DNA from: Callorhinchus milii
Lineage: Eukaryota
DNA: 64,000 nt
NCBI RefSeq assembly: GCF_018977255.1
Contig: NW_024704765.1
Coordinates: forward strand, 9,734,001-9,798,000
Direction of reading: 5' to 3'
Below, piece after piece: positions 25,710 through 36,850 of the stretch; within the stretch, counting starts at the first letter, position 1; the number at the start of each line of letters is the position of its first letter. The notes below the pieces were generated by a model, which was given only the letters and a program-made list of their open reading frames with translations, was not told where the DNA came from and ran no database searches. The translations under genes were made by a program, and so were the position numbers.

Positions 25710-26101
25710 GTCAGCCTGGCTCAGTCGGTAGTGTTTTCATATCTGAGTCAGAAAGTTGAGGGTTCAAACCCCACATCGGGACTCAGAATCACATAAGCTG
25801 ACACTCCAATGCAGTGCTGAGGGGTGTTGGATTCTCAGAGGTGCTGTCCTTCGGACGAGACATTAAACCGAGATCCCTTCTGCCTCATCAGGTGGATGTT
25901 AAAGACCCCCATGGCACTGTTCAAAAGTTTCTTTCCCAACAAATCCCCCAAAATAAAACTGGTCACTATCGTGCTTGTTTGTGGGACGTTGCTCCTGTTT
26001 CGAAAACACACAGTCACTGCACTTTACAGTATATCTGTGAAGCGCTTTGCGACAGCTCAATTATGTGATAAGGCGCTATATGAAATGCAAGTATTATTAT
26101 C
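25710..26101 (+). mobile_element. Older Deu-type SINE (SacSINE1-like head and body)
   Basis: GGCTCAGTCGGTAG..CTGAGTCAGAAAGTTGAGGGTTCAAACCCCAC..GCTGACACTCCAATGCAGTGCTGAGGGG..CTTCGGACGAGACATTAAACCGAG..CAGGTGGATGTTAAAGACCCCATGGCACT. Related copies at about 6295-6460 (-), 10640-10980 (-), 11930-12125 (+), 44350-44480 (+) and 58465-58930 (+). Confidence 0.75.
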
Positions 26102-27249
26102 AGGACTTCAGTTACTCTTTGTGTTTCATTTTTCTTCTCAGCTTTACTGGATCTTCAGAGGAGCAAATCGGACCTGAGATGTCACAGGTTTTAATGGGTT
26201 TAAGAAGAATAAACACAAACCTCAATAGTGCATGAGATTATTCAACCACAACTTGCATTTATATAAGCGTCCTTGTAGCATCTCATAGTGCTATTCACCA
26301 ATGACTTTTCATTCAACAAGCCTGGGGCTCACAATTAGTTTTTCTGAACCTGAATCAAAATAAACTCAACAGTGTTAATAATCCAATCAATTTGTACAAT
26401 TTAAGCAGTCACAGAAAGAATTGAACACGGTAACTACCTCCAGCCCTGACCTTTGCCCCACCTCAACAAAATGGTCCTGGATTATAAAGTTGTGAGCCAA
26501 TCCACTCTCACATCTCTTTATCTGGTCCTGTCCCAGAGAAGAAAAGTTTGAGGTGTAGACTGAAAGATTGGGGCCTTTAAAGAGGTAAGGGTATTGGAGA
26601 GGGTCTGATTGTGAGTGGGGGCAATTGTAAAGACACTGACAGTAAAGCCAAGTAGTTGCACCCCTCTGGGCATTAGAGGTAGCGAGTGTTTTTTTTGTTA
26701 GTGTTGCTGAGGTTTATCCATGTTAGTGAATCGCTTGGTTCTTGTCTGTTTCCGTGTGCACTCAGTACTGTATATGTCTGGCTAAAGTTATTTGTGGTTA
26801 CAGTATTTGTGGTTCCAATAGCTCAGTGATAAATGGACTCTTGCTTTCTCACTTATATTGAGTTAGATGGAGAGCGAAGGTCACAGGATTGATCCTCATC
26901 CAAGTCTGCCCTGAATTAGACAAGCTTTCTGCTGTGCGCAATTGACTGCGGAATTTTGGCCACATAATACAGTCAATCCACTTTACAATATATTCTACGT
27001 AGCTCTTTGAGGACGTCTCAATGAAGTGATAAGGCGCTAAAGCAAATGCAAGGATTATTATTATATAAGTCTTGGATGAGGGGCAATTGGTCTGAGATTC
27101 TGGATGAAGCAGGATAAAATTAAGCCATTTCCTATTCCTGATTGCTGGACTGGAGCAGTGATGTCTCTTTGTATATCTTTGTTTATTGCCAATTAGCGAG
27201 GAACAGGCTTTGACTGTGATGCTGCCCATAGTCAAATAAGTTTGTTAAA

Positions 27250-27500
27250 GGAATACAGGGAAGGTGAGAAGAATTTTTGTACACAGTGAGTTGTTCGGAT
27301 TTGGAATACGTTGCCTGAAAGGGTGTTGGAAGCTGATTCGCTAAAAACTTTTAAGAGAGAAGTAGATAATTATTTGGGGAGAAGTTTGCAGAGCTATGGG
27401 GAGAGAGCGGGGAGTGGGATTTATTTGGATAGCTCTTTTCAAAGAGCCGGCACAGACACAATGGGCCGAATGGCCTCCTTCTGTGCTGTATAATTCTCTG
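27250..27500 (+). mobile_element. CR1-type LINE 3' end
   Basis: Encodes NF-TQ-VV-IWN-LPERVLEADSLKTFKREVD-YL, followed by GGCACAGACACAATGGGCCGAATGGCCTCCTTCTGTGCTGTA, a typical shark CR1-like 3' UTR. Weaker fragments occur at about 560-720, 20940-21040, 41690-41830 and 48620-48720. Confidence 0.75.
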
Positions 27501-29565
27501 AGGTCTGTTGGCACATTAAGATCAACTTGGGAGAGGATACTATAGAAGGTAACGCTGTTTTCTGGAAAGGATTATATTACTTTATATTCTATGATAGTAT
27601 ATTACTTTACAATATATGTGAAGCGCTTTGAGATCTCAACAACATGATGAGGAACTATATCAGAGCAAGTATTATTATTATATATATTCTAGGATAACCC
27701 TTTGCTTTTTAAAGTTCCGAGCAACTGCTGCTGTGGATAAGCAACCAGAGACTTCGTCTGAAATCTTTCCAGTGTTTCATCTACAAATCTAATTACATTG
27801 AAATGTCAAAGCACTCTGTGGGAAGAACCTTTACGGCTGTACATTTCAGTCACTGAACAACGACTAAGAACCAATTTAGACGAATGTTGGAACAGTGGTG
27901 GGTGGACTGGTGATTATAGTTTTCCCAGTTTATAAGCTAATCAAGAGTATTAAAGAAAAACAAACTTGACGGGGAAACATTTTACTTAATAGTAATGCTA
28001 ATTGATTATTTCGATTCCATAAACAATTACAAGGCCATTAGCCCAGTGCTCGTTTTTTTTAGCATCAACTGAATTCTCATCATACGTAATTAAATATTGT
28101 TCAAGTCTTAAAATATCTGGTTAATGTTGATTGTCCTCGTACAATACGCTTATTAAGAACCCTTTAAGAGCAGTGTTTTTACATTTTTGCCAAATTATAA
28201 TGGATTCTGGGTCTATTAAGTGGAATTAAGATCCTTGATTATACACAAGTACAATTACCCCTCATGGCAAGTTTTATATTAACCCTGCAAGGTCGGGTCA
28301 AATTTAAGGTAAGTAAAACTGAGTTCACTTTCAAGTCAATGTTGTGGGGAGCCTGAGTGTGCTGAACAATTTGAACACTACGTTGTACTGTCTTAATACC
28401 TCAATACACTCTTTGTGTACATATGTACATATTTAAAATTAAGTGAGAATATGTTAACTGACTTCTTGCTCATTAATGTATCACTTCCAACAGTTGAATT
28501 TTGAAAGGCTTTGGATGAATATATTTTTTATTATATTATTTTATCGGTCGATTGGCAGATTGCTTTCCTGGGGCAATAATCCCTTAATTCACGACTGTTT
28601 ATGGGACTCTGCTGTGTGCAATTGGCTGCCGTGCTTCGCCCACAAAATACAGTTGATCCACTTTACAATATATACGGTGAAGCCCTTTGAGACGTCTCAA
28701 TGTGATAAGGTGCTATATCAAATGCAAGATTATTATTACTACATATCCATAACGCTCATAAACGGTCTGAGTCACCTATGACTTAAATCTAGGTGCTGCT
28801 TGAACTAAGTCAACATTCCTTGTTAGCAACAAGTCTTGCCCAAGTCCATTAATAATAATTAATAACCTTTTAATAATATGGCACTTCAAAATCTCCTACC
28901 TTTCTCAGTAGGCGAGCTTTACTATTGACAGAGAATAGTCCATTGAATCAGATATAGATTTATTTAATAACATCAGCTTTAAATTTAGTTTGGGTGTATA
29001 TTGTAAGGGAAAAACTGCAGAATATTGAGGACAAAGGAAAGAATGTCCTTATAGAAGCAGACGTGAAGTAAAGGTTCTTGTATTTGATGCTGGGTTCTCT
29101 GATGATCCTCATCCAACTGATTTCTGTAAACATCGGCAAACAGTTTGTTCAAGCAGAGAGCTTATTTTGATGTTCTTTGCACACTGGGGTAGCACGTGAC
29201 AATCCAAGTATAATTTCTAATGCAGCATGGCCCAATATTTCTCACATAATAAAAAAAAAGCTTTGTTTGGTCCAATTGACCAAATTCTCAATCTTGATTT
29301 GTGGTTTGCCTCATCAGCACATGGTTTTTAGAGCGGAGAAAATTCTCTCTTCACTTACACGTCTTGAAACATAAACCAGAAAGATTTCATGATAAAGGAT
29401 TTGCATTCGACACTTTAGGTATGTAAGCACAGCTTCAAATTGCAAGTTAATTCCTCAAATCTTTAAGAGGCGATTTTTACTCAATCTTCAGGTCACACGT
29501 TATTCACCCACTTTCAGAGTTTGCATCTAGTAAAGCAAGTCAAGGAAAAATAATCTTGTTTACAT

Positions 29566-32500
29566 CTAGATTTGCTGTGGTGTCATCCTCATCTTCTTTG
29601 AATGGATACTCAGTTCTTCCAGGGCCTTCATTTTAGACAACCGCTTCTCAAGTTCTTTCTTGCACTCGTATTTTGTATTCTTCGCCTTCTGAATGGAGCA
29701 ATGTGCATCAGTTGCTAAACCTGCTTCGTCCACTTTTATAACTTCCTGCAAAGAGAAAAAAAAATCCTTGCGTTTGATATAGCGCCTTATCATGTATTTG
29801 AGGCGTCTCAATGCGCTTCACAGAATATACTGTAAAGTGAATTGACTGTATATTTTGTGGGCAAAACACGGCAGCCAATTGCGCACAACAGCGTCCCACA
29901 AACAGTCGTAGATTTGGTTGACCAATTTATTATTATTATCTATTGACGATTTACGTTAACCTTTAATATTACGATCTAATAAACTGCTGAGACTGAGTCA
30001 ACTGGCTGAATTCCTTCTGTTTCTCCGAGTTACAAGGTAGTAATGTGATGAGGGGGTGATGGATCTGGAACTAAACATTTAGTGCCACGTTTACTTTGCT
30101 TCTGGTTGCATAATGACAAGGAGTAGGAAGCTAGGGTTATACTGCCTTCTTCACATTGTTCTGAACCAGAGCTGAACAATTTGGCCACTTTTTTTCATCT
30201 AATATATATCAAATGCAAGGATTTTATTACATTACCTGCAGCTCCTCATTGGACAAGCTGAACTCAGGGCTGTCCTTTTTCTCAAGGACTCCAATTATGT
30301 GAGGATGCAGGCACTTTCGATTTGAGTTTGCATTTGAGCAATCCATTTGATCTGTTCCTTTGGCATCTTCTGAATCTAGAAACATGCAACATTTTATAAA
30401 GCAAACAAGTAATTTTTCCTGCATAATAATAATCCCTGCATTTGATATAGCGCCTTATCATGTCATTGAGATGCCTCAAAGCTCTTCACAAAGTGAATTG
30501 ACTGTATATTTTGGGGGTGAACATGCTAAATGCTAGTAGAAAGAACTTTTAGCAACCAAAACGTCTCCAAGTACTTCACACAAAGTAATTGTCGGGTGTT
30601 AATGACCATTTTTGGAAGCAGCTGACATAGCAAGGCACTCGACGAAACAATTAAGAAATTGTCTTCACTTTTATATAAATATCATGGAAAATAAATGTAT
30701 AAAAGCTTTTTACAAAATCAGATTAATTAGAAATGAAATGAATGTTAGACAAATTGACAGCTCACTTATTAGAAACCAAACCATTAGATATTATGGGGAT
30801 GCATTTGGAGTGAGAAGTGAATACAAAAATCAAGTGGAAAACTCCCACTTTATTTTTGAAACAGTGGTGTTTTCTTCATGGTGAATCACAAGTATATGAA
30901 ATGTGCAGATGAGACTTAATTCATTTAACTTCTGTTCAGTTTTTTTAAAAAAAGTAAAGATAGCCAGAAAAAAAAGCACAAAATATCGCTAAGAATAATA
31001 ATTCCTTGCATTTGATATACCGCTCTATCACATCGTCGAGATGTCTCAAAGGGCTTCACAGAATACACTGCAAAGTGGATTCACCGTGTATTTTGTGGTT
31101 GCAACGTGGCAGCCGATTGGGTTCATGTATGATAACATTTACTTTTTTTATAAAAAAGGTACAGAGATGGGAGTGAATGAACAGCAAAGAAGCAGATTGA
31201 GTTAGGTTTCATTTATAATGAAAAGGTTGGGCTAAAAAGCACAGACCATCATTTACTGGCGCTTCTGCCTTCAGGTACTGTTCTAACAACATTTTAGTTT
31301 GCCGTTCTTCCTCTCGCTTGTTGAGGGAATGTTGAAGTGTGTTCTGCAGTCTTTCAGCTCCTTTCAAGGTTTCTTTCAGTTCCTTTGCCAGTTCAGCAGG
31401 TGGTGCTTTTATCAGGGCCTAACAGAATTAAACACAAGGCGTCCTGCTGAGGGTGAAAGCTATAGCATGTTTGACTGTCCTGCTTAAGTCAAAATGGGTA
31501 ATACAGTAAAACTGATCTGTATAAATCGTATAATTGCCTGTGTCGTACATCTACCCAAGTCCCGTTCAAGAGTTTATATTCTATGCAAGTTTGGCACAAC
31601 TCATACTTTACATAAATATATGCTCCCGACTTTACTATAAACATAATCTAGGGTTAAAAGTAGATGTTCCTTTTTGAGTTTTCTTTGTTGTCAGTAGTTT
31701 TTCCTGCATCTTGTTTCAACGCTGACATTTTTTTTTACTGAGCCTTTATACAGTAAACCTCACATAAGTCAGTTGGGAACCATACATTTAATATGATTTA
31801 TGCAAAGTATGAGTTATGTCAATCTTGCATAGAATATAAACTCTTGAATCGGAACTTGGATAGATCATAATAATCATCCTTGCATTTGATATAGCGCTTT
31901 TCACGTCTTCTAGACTTACTAGTCTTCTAGAATGTACGACTTGAGTGATTATACAATTTATACAGATCAGACTTGTGCGAGTTTGACTGCAATAGGATTT
32001 CCCATTGTCAGAATGAATAAATTTGCACATTTAATAGAGGAATGCATGGAGTTGCCACTTTGTCTTACCTGCAGTTCAGATTCAGACATTGTTATAATTC
32101 GAGCGAGGTTTTCCCTAAACTGTCTGGCTAAGGGCTTCCAATTACTGGAATGTTCAGCAGAATCCACCTGGTCTTCAGAATATAAGCCAATTGTAGCACC
32201 ACCCTTTTGAGCACCCAAAGGTGCCTCGAGTTTTGGTACAACTGAAATGGAGAGGATTTTTACAGTAAATTAGTAGTGACCGATCGCAAGACTGCTAATA
32301 AGCAACCAATTTACACAAAGTAATCAATGTCCCACGAACAGCTAGTGCGTGGCCAAATTTAGGGTGAGAAGTAAATGCAAGCCAAGATAACCAGTTGGAG
32401 AAAACTCCACTTTATTTTTGAAACAGTGGTGTTTTCTTCATGGTGAATCACGAGAGCATGAAGTGTGCATGAAAGGAGCTGGGACTTAATTCATCCACCT

Positions 32501-35242
32501 TTATAAAAAAAATTATAAAGATATCCAGGGAAAAAAAATAGGAGCACAAAATTTCACTATTAATAATCTTTGCACTTGATATAGCGCCTTATCACATCTT
32601 CGTAACCTCTCAAAGTGCTTCACAGAATACACTGCAAAGTGGAATAACTGTGTATTTGTGGGTACAACGTGGCAGCCAATTGCGTACGTGTATGATAACA
32701 TTTTCTTTCAAAGGCAAGGTACTGAGGTAGACGTGAAAGTGCAATAAAGAAGCAGATCAAGTTAGGTTTCATTTATAATTAAAAGGTTTGGCTGCAAAGC
32801 GGACGGACCAGCCTTTTCTGGCGCCGATGCCTTCAGGTACAGTTCTAACAGTTCTTTCGCTTGACGTTGTTGCTCTCGCTTGTCGAGGGACTGTTGAAGG
32901 GTGTCCTGCAGTTCTTCAACTCCTTTCAAGGTTTCCTTCAGTTCCTTTGCCAGCTCAGCAGGCGGTGCTTCTATCAGGGCCTAACAGAACTAAATTAGGA
33001 TTTCCCATTCCCAGAATTAATACATTTGCACATTTAATGGAGGGTTGCACGGACTTGCCACTTTGTCTTACCTGAAGTTCAGATTCAGACATTGTTATAA
33101 TTCGAGCGAGGTTTTCCTGAAGCTGTCTGGCTAATAGCCTCCAGTTACTGGAATGTTCAGCAGAATCCAGCTGGTCTTCAGAATATAAGCTATCTGCAGC
33201 ATCATCCCTTTGAGCACCCAAAGATAACTCGAGTTTTGGTGCAACTGAAATAAAGAGAGGATCTTTATAGCAGACTAGTAAAGTGACTCATCCCAGGATG
33301 GGTATTAACCAACCAATTTACATACAGCAATGTCCCACAAAGACAGGAAGTGTGTGACCAAATTTATCTGGTGGGTTGTTGGGTGAGGGCACTGTGGAAA
33401 AACTCCCTTCTCTCTTCCCTCCAGTCTTGCAATATTATGTTCCTATTAGCAGGTATGTCAAAAGGCTGGGAAATTGGTATTAAAATAATCTACTAAGGTC
33501 TATTAAACTGATGAAACAGGCTGAATGGCCTCCGATTCCCTTTTCCCTGCTGGAAGAGTTGGTGAAGTCCATGATAGGATTCTATTTTACATAGTTTTTG
33601 AACAAGTGAGTGCGACAGCCAAGAGTCGTTTCTTGTTCCATGAAAGTCTTTTCGTCTTTGAGTCGCTCATGCCTAGCCGACTTACCTACATTAACAGCAA
33701 CCCATTCCTCATCTGAACGGAGGATCATGAACATTGTGTTTTTCGGTTGGCACAAAAAGTAGTCTTCATCATCAACTATTGTTCCATCTTCCTCAAGTAC
33801 CACAGAAGGTTTCTCCTCATCAAGTTTATCCAAATCTAGTTTTTGCTTCCCTAGATTTAAAAAAAAGTAACCACTATATAGGAAACATCATAGCTGAGTA
33901 GCTTAGAGGTTACAAGTTTCATTTTTATAGTGCCCCTCACGCAGGGTAGCGTCCCAGAGTGCTTGTCAGTGGTGGAGCTTAACGCCAAGCCGAGGTGACC
34001 GTAAGCACAGTTGAAGAGGAAGGTCTTCAGGTGTGATCTGAAGATGGGGAAGGAGGGGACAAACTGGAGGGATAGAGGAAGGGTGTTCCAGAGTTTCGGG
34101 ACTTAGTGGCTGAAAGCACAGCCATTGATTGATGGGCATGAGGGATGAGCAGGAGGCCAAAGTCAGTTGAGCCGAGGCAGCGGGTCGGAGAGATACTATC
34201 TAAAACTATACCTGGGCTACATTTTTACATTGGGGTTTTTTAAAAAAAAGACACCTCAACCGTTGAATATTTTAGTAGCGGGAAAGGTAACTGTGGAGCG
34301 TTGTACCCAATGCAAATTTAGACTAAGACACAAAATTCAACCATAAAGTTTACGAGGGCAAGGAATCTGCTTGGCTGATTTTGTTGGCTTCAGGTCAGCC
34401 TTCAGCCACTTTGCCCCCTCTCTCTGGCCAGAGCCAAGGATTCGGGACCCCGGAGGGCGGGTTGGGGGTGTAACCGCCGGAGTCTTAACCAGCTAAAGCC
34501 GCATAGCCTGCCATTGGGAGCGCTGTCTGGAATGCTTTCCCGCTGCTTGTCCAGCTGGGTCCACTCTACACGCCGGGGCTTTGGTTTGCGGGGCCGTCCC
34601 AGTGACTGACTTAATCCCTCAAAGGAAAACAGTAATAAATTGGGTCATTTCAATCCGCGGCTGTTTCTGTGTGTGTGTGGGACGGACGGACGGAGCCGTG
34701 CGCAATCCGCTGCCGCGTTTCGCCCACGAAGTGTACAGTCGATTCGCTTTGCAGCCTATTCCTGCGAAGCGCCTTTGAGACGTCTCGAAGGCGCGATAAG
34801 GAGCTATATCTAATAATAATAATTATTAATAATAATAATAATATCTCTGGACCCGCAGCTCGGGGGGAGCGCAAACCCTTCCCTATCCGGCACCTCGGGG
34901 TGGGGGGAGCGTCCCGTCCACTTGCCACAGGGGACTGCCATCACAACACAAGCGCCGCAGGTGCCATTGGTGGTTGTTTTAGTGTCTCATCGACGCCATT
35001 TTCCCCCCAAACCCCCCACTCGATCATGTGAAAGGCCTCACATCTGTGTTCTTTGTCCATCTGTGGGGGGGGAGGGGGGGTGTGGGATGTGGGGGATTAT
35101 ATAGATTATAAAGCGCTTTATTTTTAATCAACACAGTACCTTCGCTCAGCAGCTCCTGGAGAGAACACGCGGAGACTCGGCAACTCCGACTGCGTCTGGC
35201 GTCGCAGACACTGTGACCAACTCGACCTCTGCTCGACTCCAT
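29566..35242 (-). CDS. DFFA: DNA fragmentation factor subunit alpha (ICAD/DFF45) with internally duplicated exons 3-4
   Basis: Exons 35242-35140 ([34 protein letters not shown]), 33850-33686 (..[31 protein letters not shown]; CIDE-N EDGT motif), 33244-33072 (..[29 protein letters not shown]), 32980-32809 ([22 protein letters not shown]), duplicates 32241-32069 and 31418-31247, 30375-30236 ([16 protein letters not shown]), 29745-29566 (..[10 protein letters not shown]). Phases are consistent. Predicted length is 425 aa with both modules and 310 aa with one. Confidence 0.93.
31503..31991. mobile_element. Two inverted copies of a small pogo/Tigger-like MITE
   Basis: Copy B (31751-31989) has imperfect TIRs CAGTAAACCTCACATAAGTC / CAGTCAAACTCGCACAAGTC with TA on its left flank. 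Copy A (about 31505-31639) is its reverse complement with small deletions. Confidence 0.6.
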
Positions 35243-35290
35243 GGCGGCCCTGAGAGAGGCGGACGATCACCGACGGAGACCGGCGGACAG

Positions 35291-35321
<31 letters not shown>

Positions 35322-35369
35322 AGAGTTTCTCTGTCTATCTGTCTGTCCACATACCCCCCGCGGTTTCTG

Positions 35370-35520
35370 TCCCCAGGTTTCTATGGGAACAAATGTGCTT
35401 TAACCGCCGCCCCCCACTCCCCCCCACAACCCGCCTCCTCCTTCACGCCAACCGCCAAACAGCCCGCGGCAGACTACAACTCCCAGCGTGCCCTGCGCCG
35501 TCACCATGACAACAGCGGGT
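35370..35520. promoter_or_regulatory. DFFA promoter: ZNF143/SBS motif and RFX X-boxes
   Basis: ACTACAACTCCCAGCGTGCCCTGCG at 35473-35497 (ZNF143/THAP11-type motif); X-box-like GTCACCATGACAAC at 35500-35513 and GTTTCTATGGGAAC at 35377-35390. Confidence 0.65.
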
Positions 35521-35554
35521 CCTCCCGCTCAAAATCAGACCTCGTCAGTGCCAT

Positions 35555-35712
35555 TCACCCCCAACCTCCCCCCCTAATCCCCCCCACTACCCAACCCCAA
35601 CCCCCCCCCAATCCCCCACTACCCAACCCCAACCCCCCCCCAATCCCCCCACTACCCAACCCCAATCCCCCCCCCACTACCCAACCTCCTCCCCCCCAAC
35701 CCCAACCTCCCA
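35555..35712. repeat. C-rich tandem repeat (CCCCCACTACCCAACCCCAA-like units)
   Basis: Four to five visible degenerate units between the DFFA promoter and the L2 fragment. Confidence 0.8.
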
Positions 35713-35731
35713 CACTGGGGTTCACTCCCAC

Positions 35732-36395
35732 ATGTATGCGGATGACACCCAACTCTACCTTTCCTCCTCTATCCTCAACTCCACGACCCCCGATGTCCTG
35801 ACAGCTGTCTGTCCGACATCGAGTCCTGGACGAGAGACAACTTTCTTCAGCTCAACTTGTGTAAAACCGAGGCCCTCCACATTGGCTCACGTCAGCGCCT
35901 CCGCACCTCAGGCGCTGACAGCATCAGCTCCGCACTCTCCACCTCTCAAAGCCATCAGGAACCTCGGGGTTCCCCTCGACCCTGAGCCGTCCTTTCTCCC
36001 TCATATCCGCTCCACAACCGGCACCGCCTTCCATCACCTCCGGAACATGGCCGGACTACGGCACTCCCTCACCCCTCACGCGGCTGAAACTCTGGTCCAC
36101 GCCTTTACCACCTCAAGGCTGGACTATGGGAACTCTCTCCTCGTCGGCCTTCCCGCCACCTCCCTCCACACTGCAGGTCATTCAGAACTCTGCAGCTCGT
36201 GTACTGTCCCGCACCAGACACCGCGACCACATCACTCCCACCCTCGCCCTCGCCCTCACTCCCACCCTCGCCCTCCCCTCACCCTGACCATTTCCCCCCA
36301 CTGCTCGGGTCCCCGACCCAACTGTCCGGCGCCTCGGGACGTCCTCCCGACGTGAAAGGCGCTCTCTGACTGCAATCTTGTTGTTGTTGTTGTTC
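35732..36395 (+). mobile_element. 5'-truncated L2-clade LINE (reverse transcriptase C-terminal fragment plus 3' tail)
   Basis: Translation gives YADDTQLY, IRNLGVPLDPEPSFLPHI and AETLVHAFTTSRLDYGNSLLVGLP with frameshifts. It ends in GGGACGTCCTCCCGACGTGAAAGGCGCT..(TTG)n. Confidence 0.88.
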
Positions 36396-36559
36396 TTAAC
36401 CCTTCATGTTAAAAATGGGACATTCTTGGGCGAGCTGACGCTTTATATTTTTCACATAATATAAATATATATATAGTTTATAGCGTATCATACATAGATA
36501 TATATATCTATATCTCTATGTTGATACAACATCAATTAATCGGAAAGAATTTTTTTTTA

Positions 36560-36850
36560 ATAAACGTTTGCGGATGAACCCGGGACCGGTCGGTCGGTCG
36601 GTCGGTCGGTTGGGGGGGGATTGAGAGCTGTGGCTCCGCGCGTGCGCGTGCGCGCGGCCGCGTCTGCGGCTGCGTGAGAGCGAGCGAGCGAGCGGCGTGA
36701 GGATCGATTGGCCCTGCCTGCCGGGAGGGAGGGCGCGCGGGGACAACCTTGTGGGCGGGCGGGTGGGGGAGACGGCTCCGGGATCGACTGGCCGCGCCTG
36801 CACAAGATGGCGCCCTCGGAGCAGGCGGAGGAGCAGCGCCAGGTAAGAGC
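36560..36850 (+). promoter_or_regulatory. PEX14 CpG-island promoter
   Basis: Very CpG-rich; NRF1-like GCGCGTGCGCGTGCGC at about 36638-36653, GC boxes, and a YY1-type CAAGATGGCG overlapping the ATG. Confidence 0.65.

Noticed and set aside
30830-33370. DFFA duplication as a haplotype mis-assembly
   Set aside because: About 25% amino-acid divergence and copy-specific intronic insertions are far beyond allelic differences.
35241-35801. 186-aa + strand ORF starting opposite the DFFA ATG
   Set aside because: It runs through a microsatellite, promoter motifs and a C-rich repeat, with no protein-like signal.
35732-36355. 207-aa RT-like ORF as an active or domesticated reverse transcriptase
   Set aside because: 5'-truncated and frameshifted, and ends in a normal L2 tail; a dead retrotransposon fragment.
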